Shown piece by piece: positions 30,601-37,523 of a DNA stretch of 64,000 nt. The stretch is from Bacteroidales bacterium. Its GTDB lineage: Bacteria; Bacteroidota; Bacteroidia; Bacteroidales; WCHB1-69. Numbering within the stretch: position 1 is the stretch's first letter; each line of letters begins with the position of its first letter. The stretch is taken from the NCBI GenBank assembly GCA_028693085.1, contig JAQUWC010000001.1, positions 18,951 through 82,950 on the forward strand, written 5' to 3'. A program made the position numbers and the translations under genes. Under the pieces are notes generated by a model that saw only the letters and a program-made list of their open reading frames with translations, ran no database searches and had not been told where the DNA came from.

Positions 30601-31615
30601 TCCTTACATAAACGGGCATACTTTGATTGGCAACTACTTTCATAATATGGGGGGTGTCAATCGCCAACATGGCTGCTCCGTTTAAAAAGTTGGGACTATT
30701 CGGATGCCTCTTATTGATAAAAGTATATGCTACATTTACAGAGTTTCCTACGGAGTCTTCGGCTCTTACGGTATAATCTACTTGTGTTCCATAGACTTGT
30801 TGAGAAATAGGATAGGCATACAAGTTAGCATCTATTTTATTCATTCTCACCTGATTCGGGAAGCCATGGTTTATGCTATAGGTTAAGCCTATCAACGAAT
30901 CTTCCGCATCGACTACATTGGCAACGATATTGAAAGGTCCTACACCATACACAGTATCTTTATAAATTGGATTTATCAAGGTTAAGACTGGCGGGTCTAA
31001 TTCATGAGAACCTCCACGAAGTTCAAAATTATCGATTAACCAACCATACGCAAACTGAGTACCAATAACATTTCCTCTAATGATTTTAAATCTGAAACGA
31101 ACAATGCCGAAACTGGCTTCTCCCGAAATATCAAAACGTTCTTCTTTCCACCACGCATTGGTTGGGGTAGCCAAGGAATCGGAAGGTTGCCAATCTGCAT
31201 AACTAAAATGATTAAATCGTTGTTGATTATAAGCCGATGGATTACTTCCTAAATAACAACTTGAAGGTAATTTTTCCCACTTTGCACCGGTTGTATTCTC
31301 TTGAATTTCGATCTGGGCTATATCGCTGCCGGCCAGTTTACATATATGATGAAAACTTAACCATACAAATGCATAAGCCGAACAATCGTAAAATGGAGTG
31401 GTTATCGTTATGGAATCATGCAACTGATTGGGAACAAATCCATGATATGAGTTTGGATTGCTTACTGCATAGATTGCGTTAGGCACCCAGGAAGATGCCG
31501 GACTAACACTCCAATTCATAGCACCATCAAAATTTTGTGTGCCAATGATTGTTTGTGATTTGACAGTAAAAATAAAAAATCCAATTATACTAATCAAAAA
31601 TAAAACTTTTTTCAT
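18686..31615 (-). CDS. Giant T9SS-sorted surface protein (4309 aa): signal peptide, MAM-like domain, Ig-like domain, six [CARDB-like + parallel beta-helix] modules, a CARDB-like/MAM-like tail, and a Por_Secre_tail CTD
   Basis: A single uninterrupted ORF. N-terminal signal MKKVLFLISIIGFFIFTVKSQ. PbH1-like turns such as NIRI.NN.IDGGYYNIY.YGG recur throughout. The last ~79 aa (nt 18689-18925), NQPNPALTSTVIPYYVPQDGEIRCILSSVKGQVLYQ...LSNGIYYYSLTYKGKTIVRKMNVQR, match the type-A T9SS sorting domain pattern. Confidence 0.85.
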   Translation of the reverse strand: MKKVLFLISIIGFFIFTVKSQTIIGTQNFDGAMNWSVSPASSWVPNAIYAVSNPNSYHGFVPNQLHDSITITTPFYDCSAYAFVWLSFHHICKLAGSDIAQIEIQENTTGAKWEKLPSSCYLGSNPSAYNQQRFNHFSYADWQPSDSLATPTNAWWKEERFDISGEASFGIVRFRFKIIRGNVIGTQFAYGWLIDNFELRGGSHELDPPVLTLINPIYKDTVYGVGPFNIVANVVDAEDSLIGLTYSINHGFPNQVRMNKIDANLYAYPISQQVYGTQVDYTVRAEDSVGNSVNVAYTFINKRHPNSPNFLNGAAMLAIDTPHIMKVVANQSMPVYVRIKNTGLNPLNCTDIYWSVNGVVQPSYHWSGGNLPVDFASNPIYIGNYTPNLGYDTLLVWVKNPNAVTDSLETDDTLSYITYGCNTIFNGEYTIGGPAGSNNFNSISAALNELNVCGMSGNTIFKIYNGTYTDNIHINAAIEGMGAFDTLTFMSASGNADSVIIQSSDVAVQLGNVNNIVFKNLSIDVTTGSKGIEFTGPCENIEINSCVIKTNPTTNSSTHACIYKASGRGVHHNIRIINNILDGGYYNIYLYGGTSSTVRGSHIIFSGNALSNAYYYATYFYYADFDQLSDNIIRSRTTNTYSNFYGLRMYYCDAPSISRNKIYVPAPISNVYGMYIGYCNNSSTAAPVVLSNNEIRIKSSTSSYALYIISSRMEVVHNSILALELSNATNIGIYISSSTDLQVRNNNLVTAVPIYFTNLNSLGNTWFFDYNNYYSHLGYIGYATSTITSMSSWRSTTGQDANSVSVYPNFVDTSVNLKTSGGSIICQSHPHVPTDMNGIARGLMTTMGAYHDFILKVNNVMPYHIYSPSDLSTVSGNDSVVVSVLNIGSNTVTSMKINWKVNGVLMTQYAWSGSLSPGDTTQPIKLGNFMASPGDNQIIVYTSFPNNQADQDPTNDTIKTETYGCDSLMSGTYTIGTSGNFATIADALHRIKSCGISGPVTFAIFPGLYVENIILDDTIRGCNATNTISFTSTTGIKEDVIIYTALDSAQDIGTIDLKNVKHLLFKNIAVYGQHRSPMYYSKAVVLRNGAENIEFNNCILLIPTFVSATNIPNQLSVVFSPSANPVNNIRILNSIIHGGSAGIYLMGGGENVSIKNNDIINVDFYGMYLNYVNFNEVSNNYIEQRYNANLTLVDFYGMYLNRSNGNFLRNNKLYIYQTYYGMYFYYASNKDSNYLYVYNNEIIAKVSGSNYGMYVSTGSNYIKFLHNSMLISGNGEGKCFYVSSSLNNNVLKNNNFINLSNDVYSIYNHVMYFPSLTYTSGFMMDYNNYFTIGSYLAYAGNNITNLTLWKTAVGQDGNSKSINPTFFNPQTLNIVDYSGLDCPRLPDVLTDIDNNIRTPNTTVGAYHGDPYPLDIMPRTLLSPTKVSQIGTSTAVSITVLNVGTDTITNLQIHWEVNGTLQTPYHWTGILLPNTTTSPITLGYFNPQAENNSIIVYTSLPNGQADNLPTNDTLVFNTFGCGSGYSGTYTVGLYGNDFNSLNEAIEALSYCGVYGPTTISVNAGTYRGNLIIPNIPGASAVNTITITSTNRDSSSVIIQATSASGVIILDNTKHITISHLTLEGILSGSASRCVEFKNKNKDILITNNYMHTCPSIYASPAIMAIISDNSQDTNIIIRNNHLFGTGGIWIESANQASSASYNITIENNIIENFYYYGIYMYYSGINKVHHNTLYKSNASNQGYGIYMYYCNGVMDDITKITSNTFIGEYAYVAYMNYCYSHGGLASSDILFANNELIQTGTGCNYLIYQNYGGKWQNINNSLINTGTTSYMIYRNTSSTESVNLINNIIANLGSCSYLVYCNTATSTYIGSVDYNNYWKGNANAVAYWGGTAYNDLLLWQSAYPTLNIHSVTLHPKCKDSTLNAIPSIWNGLECPSHYLATNDIRGIDRSLSTHMGCYVPIYDLDAGLKAFVSPQGNATVTQTNVTVSLTNWGYDTLHSINIHWKIDSVLGTPLNLTGLNLPQYKDTNILIGSYLPSLGNITHLTAWVDNPNGKTDQNTFNDTISTQSLGCNRILYGTYTVGGVGADFVDLAQVFLELNTCGIAGNVSFLLQNGIYTENLDFTHHIPGMTANDTLTFASLSGNADSVTIVSFDTAVLFGNVNNIVLHHLSFDLTQGSYAILFKDACENIEINHCHIKCDTTSTRYAGIYKEASSGVVHNIRILHNNIDGACYNIYFEGGLNTSEFANNIIINDNVLSNAYERGAYLYYSNFNSISNNSIHTRKTNTSSLYYGLSICYSNVSAIHANKIYSHEPFNEIYGMYVNYVNYYNAVSTGLISNNEINLQAKSSDAYGMYVNYSKVNIYHNSIHLTASAAAKGLYANTNINYPIAIRQNNIGTYSNLVYPMYLPSFNGLTLNYNNYYGSYIGFITSGISNLALWKMTSGQDVHSTNINPGFVDFPNSLKTDGMGLTCNQIKDVLSDINGNTRGIITSVGAYNDFIILPYNVMPHTLVSPMNQVSAGMSDSVFVRVANMGSNVINAMSIHLKINGVLIQSLPWTGNLNVMEVSAPIYLGNFVALSGSNTLMIYTELPNGQTDNDLSNDTLRVEVYGCDSTLSGHYYVGGSGADYTSISEAIKALSYCGISSPTTLYINAGTYVENVYIPSIPGTNSTHTLTLTSANGDSSSVIIQSPSEKAAISLSNTNNIILRNLTVNAILSGQNSNAIELKNSNKNILITHNCIQTSTDTSASEALMAIYSNNSLDTSLVITYNYFHGSGGIWIQSASNNYSSYDISITHNILNQFHYYGIYIAYSNVNTISNNKLYKNPSQGGYGLYINYSNGVMSDITRIINNTIVGNFTTLAYLNYCFSNHGTTVADILLANNEFIQKGNGTYMVYQSYGGKWQNINNTLLATSNASISYMMYKYSTVSNGINIINNLFVNLGNASYLLYVPTSSYAGTVDYNNYYTSGTDFVYWGTSYSGLHEWQNAYPSLNMHSNTVNPGFAQTEISAEPLSWVGLICPRNPLILRDIKGITRGQNTYMGCYVPSFNFDAGLETFVSPPQSAIAGTPTPVSINISNSGTTILQSLRIQWKVNNNTMTAVNISGLALAQYQDTVIVIGNYIPINNVNANIKAWIELPNGQAMDDNQANDTIETTSLGCNQVLNGTYLVGSSSADFQTLNDAFQVLTSCGVSGPVVLQMLPGTYNGFSINQSFIGCNQSHTVTITSSTGIASDVVFQSSGVVLNLANTSDLVFTHITLDASSGTRAIQLGNACENIEINQCVIKANPTASSTTYAGIYKSSTGIVNNIRILHNRIDGGYYNIYFYGGDGTSDYGTNIIINGNMLSNAYYYGGYFYYTDFISLSDNIVSSRLSNTYNYFYGLYSVYCNVESLSGNKIRSFNPSINYPYGIYLNYVNYNNTHTSGLIANNDIILNANSTSSAIYVSNSRVNIMHNSVWMDGSGANRLIYLNPIEDYMVKVKNNNLVTTSTSGYALYLSNTNYVGTSLFMDYNNYYAAYIGYANGNVANLSVWRTTTQQDAHSVSLLPKFVDVSKDLRLTDYIGLMCPRDTLVLTDMDKKARTSLTVIGAYSVALYEDYDLSAAYLVEPVNAIGGCYPDYTSVKIALSNNGIFPFNFALTPLHLHVEISGNILYQHDTIISAGTLAEMQQDTFEIARMIPVHINGDYHIRAYLSCSVDTIHSDDSLQYTYHVNKAYLPLDIDFSTSPTEMTFHNLTGSLNWEVMAGNESSPPISPVFGSGRLRFASASGKGSMAQAITQPLDLQGTYSPTLEFWYAHDNSAPDARDQINVYVSTDGGITYTSLINVFRYDSNFKTPTWKYYRVDLSAYSNQSCVVFAFEAQSYGGNNQNIDRIRVAAAPDIKISEILVPDLQDCDFMNKSLKLIISNNTSQTFDFSHNNTHLNVNLTHPTGPSFDTTYILNTKVLLGGQSDTLVIVNNYDFNIHGSYRLLTFINSVDSNSLNDTLRKTIEINPDIAITYIRDISPKSTGDTVYASAWVKNAGSPKVTQVPLRLKINNANDITETLNASLLPGDSIYYTFKKGFIVPEANLIQPYYQLSIQSELACDVVAANNMKFINARIIVNDIAVTKIEKPTEEDCDTGFHFVYTAVELTNHGDSDVVGVRLIVHIDSGNVRVKELGRTVTVYAKSAETFAFSTPYKVPNIEDSNETYRVTAFINAVEKDIDPLNDTLRIEACVVYNPGFGINTYTENQWYVEQNQPNPALTSTVIPYYVPQDGEIRCILSSVKGQVLYQEVQQAEAGKNEFYLPTNHLSNGIYYYSLTYKGKTIVRKMNVQR
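20850..30690 (-). repeat. Six tandem ~1.64-kb coding modules inside the giant gene, diverged, in subtype order A-C-B-A-B-A
   Basis: The conserved [Y/F/L]GC landmark recurs at aa ~419, 962, 1518, 2068, 2606 and 3154. Approximate module starts are nt 30688, 29052, 27376, 25732, 24124 and 22487. Confidence 0.75.
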
Positions 31616-31798
31616 TTTCTATAACAGTTAAAGGGTTATTAATTCTTTTATGTTTAGCTATGTGTCTTTTATCATTATGGTTGATTTTGTTAGATTATAT
31701 TGTTTTTTCATGAATTATTTTTTTCTCTCAAAACAAATCTCCCTGAGATTTAAAACCTTTAGAAAAGATACATCATTCTAAATCTGAGTTCGAAGTTA

Positions 31799-31806
31799 CA
31801 AAAATA
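31799..31806 (-). promoter_or_regulatory. -7 promoter box (TATTTTTG on minus strand) for the giant gene
   Basis: TAnnTTTG match about 185 nt upstream of the ATG at 31615, implying a long 5' UTR. Confidence 0.35.
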
Positions 31807-31992
31807 TAATATATATACTATGTTTTTTTTATTGAAATTGTATGGTTTTTAAACTATCTATTTAATATTCAATAGAAATAAAGTGTAAATATTTTTTTAT
31901 TCATAAGTAAAGGAAACAATACTTCTTTTGTTTTACATGTAAATTATCCATCTAGGTTAAGAGATACCTTTCCTTATGTAAAAATATTTTTA

Positions 31993-32000
31993 TACTTTTG
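31993..32000 (+). promoter_or_regulatory. -7 promoter box TACTTTTG for fabG
   Basis: TAnnTTTG match 31 nt upstream of the ATG. Confidence 0.45.
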
Positions 32001-32030
32001 CAGCGCTAATAAAATTTAAAAAGCATACTT

Positions 32031-32777
32031 ATGAAACTGTTAGAAAACAAAACCGCTTTAATTACAGGAGCGTCGCGCGGTATAGGAAAAGAAATCGCAC
32101 GTTTATTTGCACATCATGGAGCGAATGTTGCTTTTACCGATCTTAAAGAAGATGAACATGCTCATGCTGTTGAAAAATTATTAAACGATATGGGTGTAAA
32201 AGCAAAATTTTATGCTTCCAATGCTGCTTCATTTACCGAATCCGAACAAACGGTAAAACAGGTTATTGATGATTTTCAAAGCATTGACATCTTAGTAAAC
32301 AATGCCGGTATTACCCGCGATAATTTATTACTTCGTATGAGTGAGGCAGATTGGGACAGTGTGATAAACGTTAATCTTAAATCTGTTTTTAATCTTACCA
32401 AAGCCATTCAACCTTTTATGTTAAAGCAACGTTCAGGTTGTATCATTAATATCAGTTCTATTGTTGGTTTACAGGGAAATGCAGGCCAAGCTAATTATTC
32501 TGCTTCGAAAGCTGGGATACTGGGTTTTAGTAAATCTGTTGCCAGGGAATTGGGATCCCGTAATATCCGATGCAATGTAATTGCGCCGGGTTTTATCGAA
32601 ACGGAAATGACTCATGTTTTGAATCCTGAAACACGCGAAGCATGGCTCAAAACCATTCCTTTACGAAGAGCCGGAAACGCTACCGATGTTGCGAATACAG
32701 CCGTTTATTTAGCCTCCGATTTAGCAAGCTATATCAGTGGACAAGTGATTAGTTGCGATGGCGGTATGCATATGTAA
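32031..32777 (+). CDS. fabG: 3-oxoacyl-ACP reductase FabG
   Basis: SDR: TGASRGIGKEIA, NNAGITRD, and the YSASKAG catalytic motif. 248 aa. Confidence 0.9.
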   Translation: MKLLENKTALITGASRGIGKEIARLFAHHGANVAFTDLKEDEHAHAVEKLLNDMGVKAKFYASNAASFTESEQTVKQVIDDFQSIDILVNNAGITRDNLLLRMSEADWDSVINVNLKSVFNLTKAIQPFMLKQRSGCIINISSIVGLQGNAGQANYSASKAGILGFSKSVARELGSRNIRCNVIAPGFIETEMTHVLNPETREAWLKTIPLRRAGNATDVANTAVYLASDLASYISGQVISCDGGMHM

Positions 32778-32799
32778 TTGATATTGAAACGACGGAATT

Positions 32800-32835
32800 A
32801 AAGATGTTTTCGTATGAACGAAACATCTTTTTTTA
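32800..32835. terminator. Bidirectional terminator at the fabG / hypothetical-gene convergence
   Basis: AAAGATGTTTTCG-tatga-ACGAAACATCTTT followed by a T-run. It overlaps the stop codon of the minus-strand gene. Confidence 0.55.
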
Positions 32836-33612
32836 ATATTTTAAAACAAAAGGCAGGCTTTCTTTATTCTCTTCATATTCCTTTATTAAAAGCTGGCGCA
32901 AGTTTTCATTATGTAATATGGACATGCACATGGCTCCCTGAGCACGTAATAAACGCTCTTCTTTATCCAATCCGAAATTTAGCGGATAGAGACTTTTTAA
33001 TCCATCAATTAGAATTTTTTTGGTGTTAAATTCATTGTCAGCATCGTAATAATTCAAGATTGTTACGATACAAAAAGTTTCCATAAAGGGCTTTCTTACT
33101 TTTTGTGTAGATGCTATCAGATTAATCTCCGAACAGACTTTCCCTACAAAATGTCCTTCGTTATTGATTCTCTGTATCATGAAATATTTTACGGCAATAT
33201 CCATTAAGGTATTAATGTGAATTACATCTTTTTTAAGGGTATTATTGATGGTTTTATCCGTCCATTCATTGAGTAATGCATGAAAAACACTATCCATTTG
33301 TAAGCGTAAAAAATATTCTTTTTCTATTGCAATAGTGTCTTCCCATTCTGATAAATCATGGGTTTGTATGGTGGAAAAAGTATGTAATAACTCATCAATG
33401 TATTGATAATTTCCACAAAGCGGAGCATTTACCAAAGGAGCGTAACATGTTGTATCATTAATTTTAGCACATGAAACAACAATGCTTTGACTTTCATCAA
33501 ATGTAATTTTTTTTACCCTTATAAAATCACTGTAAGCATTGCCAATATTACAATACTGTGCATTTGATTGCACTGATAATGAAAGCATCGAAACAATTAA
33601 TAATTTTTTCAT
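32833..33612 (-). CDS. Hypothetical secreted protein
   Basis: Signal peptide MKKLLIVSMLSLSVQSNAQ. Cys-rich N-terminal part. No family recognised. Confidence 0.5.
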   Translation of the reverse strand: MKKLLIVSMLSLSVQSNAQYCNIGNAYSDFIRVKKITFDESQSIVVSCAKINDTTCYAPLVNAPLCGNYQYIDELLHTFSTIQTHDLSEWEDTIAIEKEYFLRLQMDSVFHALLNEWTDKTINNTLKKDVIHINTLMDIAVKYFMIQRINNEGHFVGKVCSEINLIASTQKVRKPFMETFCIVTILNYYDADNEFNTKKILIDGLKSLYPLNFGLDKEERLLRAQGAMCMSILHNENLRQLLIKEYEENKESLPFVLKY

Positions 33613-33641
33613 TATAGTCCTTTTTTAGTGTTTAATTTTTG

Positions 33642-33649
33642 CAAAAGTA
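33642..33649 (-). promoter_or_regulatory. -7 promoter box (TACTTTTG on minus strand)
   Basis: TAnnTTTG match 30 nt upstream of the ATG at 33612. Confidence 0.4.
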
Positions 33650-33735
33650 CATAAAAGATATTGTTTAGATAAATAGACAAAAGTTTTTTATATATAAATG
33701 CATTTGCATATATAAGAAGTAAGTAATACAAATAC

Positions 33736-35385
33736 TTATCCATTGATGAGTTGTTTAGCTGCAGAAAGGGATGATTCTGTTATTTTTTCATTACTTATCA
33801 TTTTGGCAATTTCGCTTATATGTTCAAGATGTGTTAGTTTTTTGATGTTGGAATATGTTTCCCCTTTAATTACTTCTTTAAACACGACATAATGATTTTT
33901 AGCTTTAGCGGCGATTTGAGGCACATGGCTTATTGCAATTATTTGGCTATAAGTAGCAAGTTTTTGCATCACTTTCCCCATTTTTGCCGAGATTTCGCCG
34001 GATACTCCGCTATCTATTTCATCAAAAATAATGGTTGGAAGAACATTTTTTTCAGAGATAAGCGATTTTAATGCTAACATCACGCGGGACAATTCTCCTC
34101 CAGAAGCACTTTTTTCTAAGGTTTGCATTTCCGTTCCGGGATTGGCCGTAAACCAAAATACCACTTTATCCAAACCCGCAGCATGGAAATGTTCACTTTT
34201 TTCCATCCGAATATCAAAATGTGCCGACGGCATATGCAAGACTTGCAATACATGTTGCAAATCTGTTTCCATTTTCTTTAATACCGCTTTTCGTTTGTCT
34301 GACAACAAAGTGGCCTTTTGATATAATATTTGCTTTTCATTTTCTATTTGTAGAAGCATGTGTTGTTTTTCTTCTTCAGCATGTTCTATACGTTCCAAGA
34401 CTTCTGCCAGATGATTTTGAATAGCCATTAAATCTGCTTCGGCACTTACTTTATGTTTCTGTTGAAGTGTATATAATACATCTAAACGTTGATTGATTTG
34501 CTCAATGCGTTGCGGATTGTGCTGTGTGTTTTCATTGATTTTATGGATTTCAAAAACGATATCTTTTAATTCAATAATCTGTGATTGAAGCCTTTTTGAA
34601 AGTTCTTCTATGCCTTCATCATATTTACTGATTTGCAATAAACGATTTACATTTTCTTGTAATAAGGACAATAGGTTAGTATCTCCTTCTGCAAAATGGT
34701 AAGCTACGGCATACAATTGTTGTTTTATTTCTTCGGCATTTGAAAGCAATCCCAATTCATGTTCCAACTCTTGTTGTTCGCCCGATTGTAAATTAGCTTC
34801 TTCCAATTCCTTATATAAGAACTCCCAGTAATCTTTATCCTGTGAACTTACATTGTTAAACAGCAGCTGATATTCTTTTTGCAGAGCAAGGTATTTTTTA
34901 TACAAAGCTTTAAATTCCGATGTTTCCTTTTGTAATCCGGCGTATTGATCAATGAGTTTTAATTGAAATTCTTTGTTTTGTAATAATAAGTTTGTGTTTT
35001 GCAAATGAATATCCATTAAAAATTCGCCGATTTTTTTTAATATACTCAGTGAAACAGGGGTATCATTAATAAAGGAACGTGATTTTGCTTGCGGGGTGAT
35101 TTCTCTACGAATAATGCATACCTCATCATAATCGAGATCGTTTTCGTCGAAGAAGTCTTTTAATTCATAATCTGTTATTCGAAATTCAGCTTCGATGATA
35201 CTTTTTTTTGTTTTATCAAACAGGAGTGAGGTATCGGCTCTTTGTCCACTTAAAAGAGCGAGGGCCCCCAGAAGGATGGATTTTCCCGCTCCTGTTTCGC
35301 CGGTAATCACCGAAAAGCCATCTTCAAAATCAATGGATAAATGCTTTATGAGCGTATAATTTTCTATATTTAGATGTTGTAACAT
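33736..35385 (-). CDS. recN: DNA repair protein RecN
   Basis: MLQHLNIENYTLIKHLSIDFEDGFSVITGETGAGKSILLGAL (Walker A), a long coiled coil, and SGGELSR...IFDEIDSG at the C-terminus. Confidence 0.9.
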   Translation of the reverse strand: MLQHLNIENYTLIKHLSIDFEDGFSVITGETGAGKSILLGALALLSGQRADTSLLFDKTKKSIIEAEFRITDYELKDFFDENDLDYDEVCIIRREITPQAKSRSFINDTPVSLSILKKIGEFLMDIHLQNTNLLLQNKEFQLKLIDQYAGLQKETSEFKALYKKYLALQKEYQLLFNNVSSQDKDYWEFLYKELEEANLQSGEQQELEHELGLLSNAEEIKQQLYAVAYHFAEGDTNLLSLLQENVNRLLQISKYDEGIEELSKRLQSQIIELKDIVFEIHKINENTQHNPQRIEQINQRLDVLYTLQQKHKVSAEADLMAIQNHLAEVLERIEHAEEEKQHMLLQIENEKQILYQKATLLSDKRKAVLKKMETDLQHVLQVLHMPSAHFDIRMEKSEHFHAAGLDKVVFWFTANPGTEMQTLEKSASGGELSRVMLALKSLISEKNVLPTIIFDEIDSGVSGEISAKMGKVMQKLATYSQIIAISHVPQIAAKAKNHYVVFKEVIKGETYSNIKKLTHLEHISEIAKMISNEKITESSLSAAKQLING

Positions 35386-35408
35386 GCCAATACTTTACTA
35401 AAATAATT

Positions 35409-36299
35409 TTATTTCAGCAATTTAGCATATTTCGACTCATTCAGGGGATCCATCTGTTTGAGGAGTTCATAGGCACGATTGCGCTTTTCATCCGAAGCAC
35501 CGGAAAAAACATTGACAAACTCATCACTTTTGGCAGTGAAAATAAGTGTATACATCAAAACTCCGTATTTCGTTTTATTAAATCCGTTCAATTCTTCCAT
35601 TGCTTTTAAAATATTATCCAGGGCTTGATCTATATCTTTATGCATCAAATCCAATCCTTGCCTATGATATGAATAATAAAAAGAGCGTATGGCGTTATAG
35701 GATGGATTGGTCATATTTTCTATCAACCAATAACGACTTCTTTTCTCTCCGGAGTTCCATCCGGGTCCACGTGATTGAGAATAATTAATAATCGCTTGAG
35801 ATTGATTATAAAATGCACTACCGCCTTGGGGTGAAAAGGAATCAAAGTGTAAGCCCAGAAACAAATTCATATAAAATCCTATGATGGCAGTCAAATCCCA
35901 TTGAAAACTATTGTCATCATAATCAAAAGGTTGATTCAATGTGTAGGTAAATGATATATCATTGTCTTGATAGGTAAATAAAGAAGACGAATAGCTGGAG
36001 TTAAAAACCGGTCTGCTCAATTGGACCATCAGCTTTCCGAAACACTTTCCTTCTGATGTGGCACTTTCAATGATTAGATTTACATTACATTCAATCTTCT
36101 CTTCGTTTTTTAAATTATAATTTGACCATTTTCGTTCGTTAATAAAGGAAGCAAGTTCCTGTTCTAATGTTGTAAAAGGAGTTTTATCGGCACCGGTTAA
36201 TTTCTGTGTATTTACTGTTACACGAGCTTTAAATTCTTGGGTAAAACAAGTATTTATGAGTCCGGTTAATAATAAAACACTTATTAACAATCGTTTCAT
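35409..36299 (-). CDS. DUF4835 family protein (I recall some databases naming this family T9SS protein PorD)
   Basis: Signal peptide, 296 aa, sitting between recN and coaBC as in many Bacteroidota. The family is recalled from the sequence pattern and synteny. Confidence 0.6.
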   Translation of the reverse strand: MKRLLISVLLLTGLINTCFTQEFKARVTVNTQKLTGADKTPFTTLEQELASFINERKWSNYNLKNEEKIECNVNLIIESATSEGKCFGKLMVQLSRPVFNSSYSSSLFTYQDNDISFTYTLNQPFDYDDNSFQWDLTAIIGFYMNLFLGLHFDSFSPQGGSAFYNQSQAIINYSQSRGPGWNSGEKRSRYWLIENMTNPSYNAIRSFYYSYHRQGLDLMHKDIDQALDNILKAMEELNGFNKTKYGVLMYTLIFTAKSDEFVNVFSGASDEKRNRAYELLKQMDPLNESKYAKLLK

Positions 36300-36310
36300 T
36301 GATTTATGAT

Positions 36311-37513
36311 TTAAAGGTTAATTTTTAACATAATATGTTTAACTATCTCTTCGGCAACACGTTTTTTCGATTGTAGCGGAATTTCATGGAGACTAAGATC
36401 CGAATCAATAAGCTTGACTTTGTTGGTTGGGACACCGAATCCAGCCCCTTTGTCGTGTAAAGAATTCAATACTATACAATCTAAGTTTTTGGTTTGTAAT
36501 TTATGTTTGGCATTTTCCAATTCATGATCGGTTTCTAAAGCGAAACCGACAATGTATTGATTTTTCTTTTTTTGTGTAGCTAATGTTTTTAGTATATCAA
36601 CAGTAGGCTTTAATTCAATAGAAAGTGTTTTGTTTTCTTTTTTTAGTTTCTTTTGAATTTTTTGTACAGGAGTATAATCCGCTACGGCAGCTGCCATGAC
36701 AATGATATCAGCTGTTTCGGCCAAAGGGAGGCATGTTTCATACATTTGCTGTGCAGATATAACATCGATTCGTCGTATGAGAGGATGTCTGGTTTGCAAA
36801 TGGGTTGTACCTGTAACCAAATCAACGGAAATTCCTTTTTCGGCAAGTGCTTCGGCTATAGAAAATCCCATTAAACCTGAAGAATGATTTCCAATAAATC
36901 GGACCGCATCAATGGATTCATAGGTAGGTCCTGCAGTTACTAAAGCCCTGAAATTCTTTGTGTTTGTTTCACTGTTAAGAAAGAGAATAATTTGATCGTA
37001 AATATCCTGAGCTTCAGCCATACGACCTTTTCCTTCGGTTTGGCAGGCCAGAAAGCCTTCTTCCGGTTCCAGTATATGGATACCATTATCTTTCAGATAT
37101 TTCAAATTCTTTTGAACAGAAAAATGAAGATACATGTTCTCATTCATCGATGGTGCCAAAAAAAGAGGTTTATGAAACGCTAACAAGAGCGTACTGAGGG
37201 CATCGTCAGCAATACCGGAAGCCAATTTTCCGATGCAATTGGCTGTTGCAGGGGCTACAATTGCAACATCAGCCCACTGAGCCAAAGAGATATGCTCTAC
37301 TTTACGCTCAAGAGGCAGGGCAAATGTGTCGCAATAAAGGCTGTTATTACTAAGGGTTTCTATGCTTAAAGGGGTAACAAATTCCAAGGCATTGTGTGTG
37401 GCTGCAACTTTGACTTCATGTCCCGACTTGACAAACAAACGAATAAGAGATAAAGTTTTATACGCTGCTATACCTCCACTTATACCTATTAATATGTTCT
37501 TTTTTTCATTCAA
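36311..37513 (-). CDS. coaBC: Bifunctional phosphopantothenoylcysteine decarboxylase/synthetase
   Basis: N-terminal flavoprotein ILIGISGGIAAYK, C-terminal DFP domain VTAGPT.E.ID.VR.I.N.SSG.MG. 400 aa. Confidence 0.9.
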   Translation of the reverse strand: MNEKKNILIGISGGIAAYKTLSLIRLFVKSGHEVKVAATHNALEFVTPLSIETLSNNSLYCDTFALPLERKVEHISLAQWADVAIVAPATANCIGKLASGIADDALSTLLLAFHKPLFLAPSMNENMYLHFSVQKNLKYLKDNGIHILEPEEGFLACQTEGKGRMAEAQDIYDQIILFLNSETNTKNFRALVTAGPTYESIDAVRFIGNHSSGLMGFSIAEALAEKGISVDLVTGTTHLQTRHPLIRRIDVISAQQMYETCLPLAETADIIVMAAAVADYTPVQKIQKKLKKENKTLSIELKPTVDILKTLATQKKKNQYIVGFALETDHELENAKHKLQTKNLDCIVLNSLHDKGAGFGVPTNKVKLIDSDLSLHEIPLQSKKRVAEEIVKHIMLKINL

Positions 37514-37523
37514 AACCTAAGGT

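Noticed and set aside
20850-30690. Regularly spaced repeats that might be taken for a CRISPR or other noncoding array
   Set aside because: The period is about 1.64 kb, the copies are diverged, and all of them lie in one continuous reading frame. These are protein-domain repeats, not direct repeats with spacers.
18920-31482. About 25 plus-strand ORFs of 60-109 aa in the track, lying inside the giant gene
   Set aside because: All are antisense to a single long, motif-rich ORF and have low-complexity, Ile/Asn/Phe-rich translations with no signal. They are shadow ORFs of repetitive coding sequence.
31616-32030. Possible invertible (phase-variable) promoter upstream of the giant gene
   Set aside because: I looked for inverted repeats bracketing the -7 box at 31799-31806. 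I found only a 10-bp imperfect inverted repeat (31743-31752 / 31779-31788), which lies entirely downstream in the 5' UTR, and there is no nearby recombinase gene.
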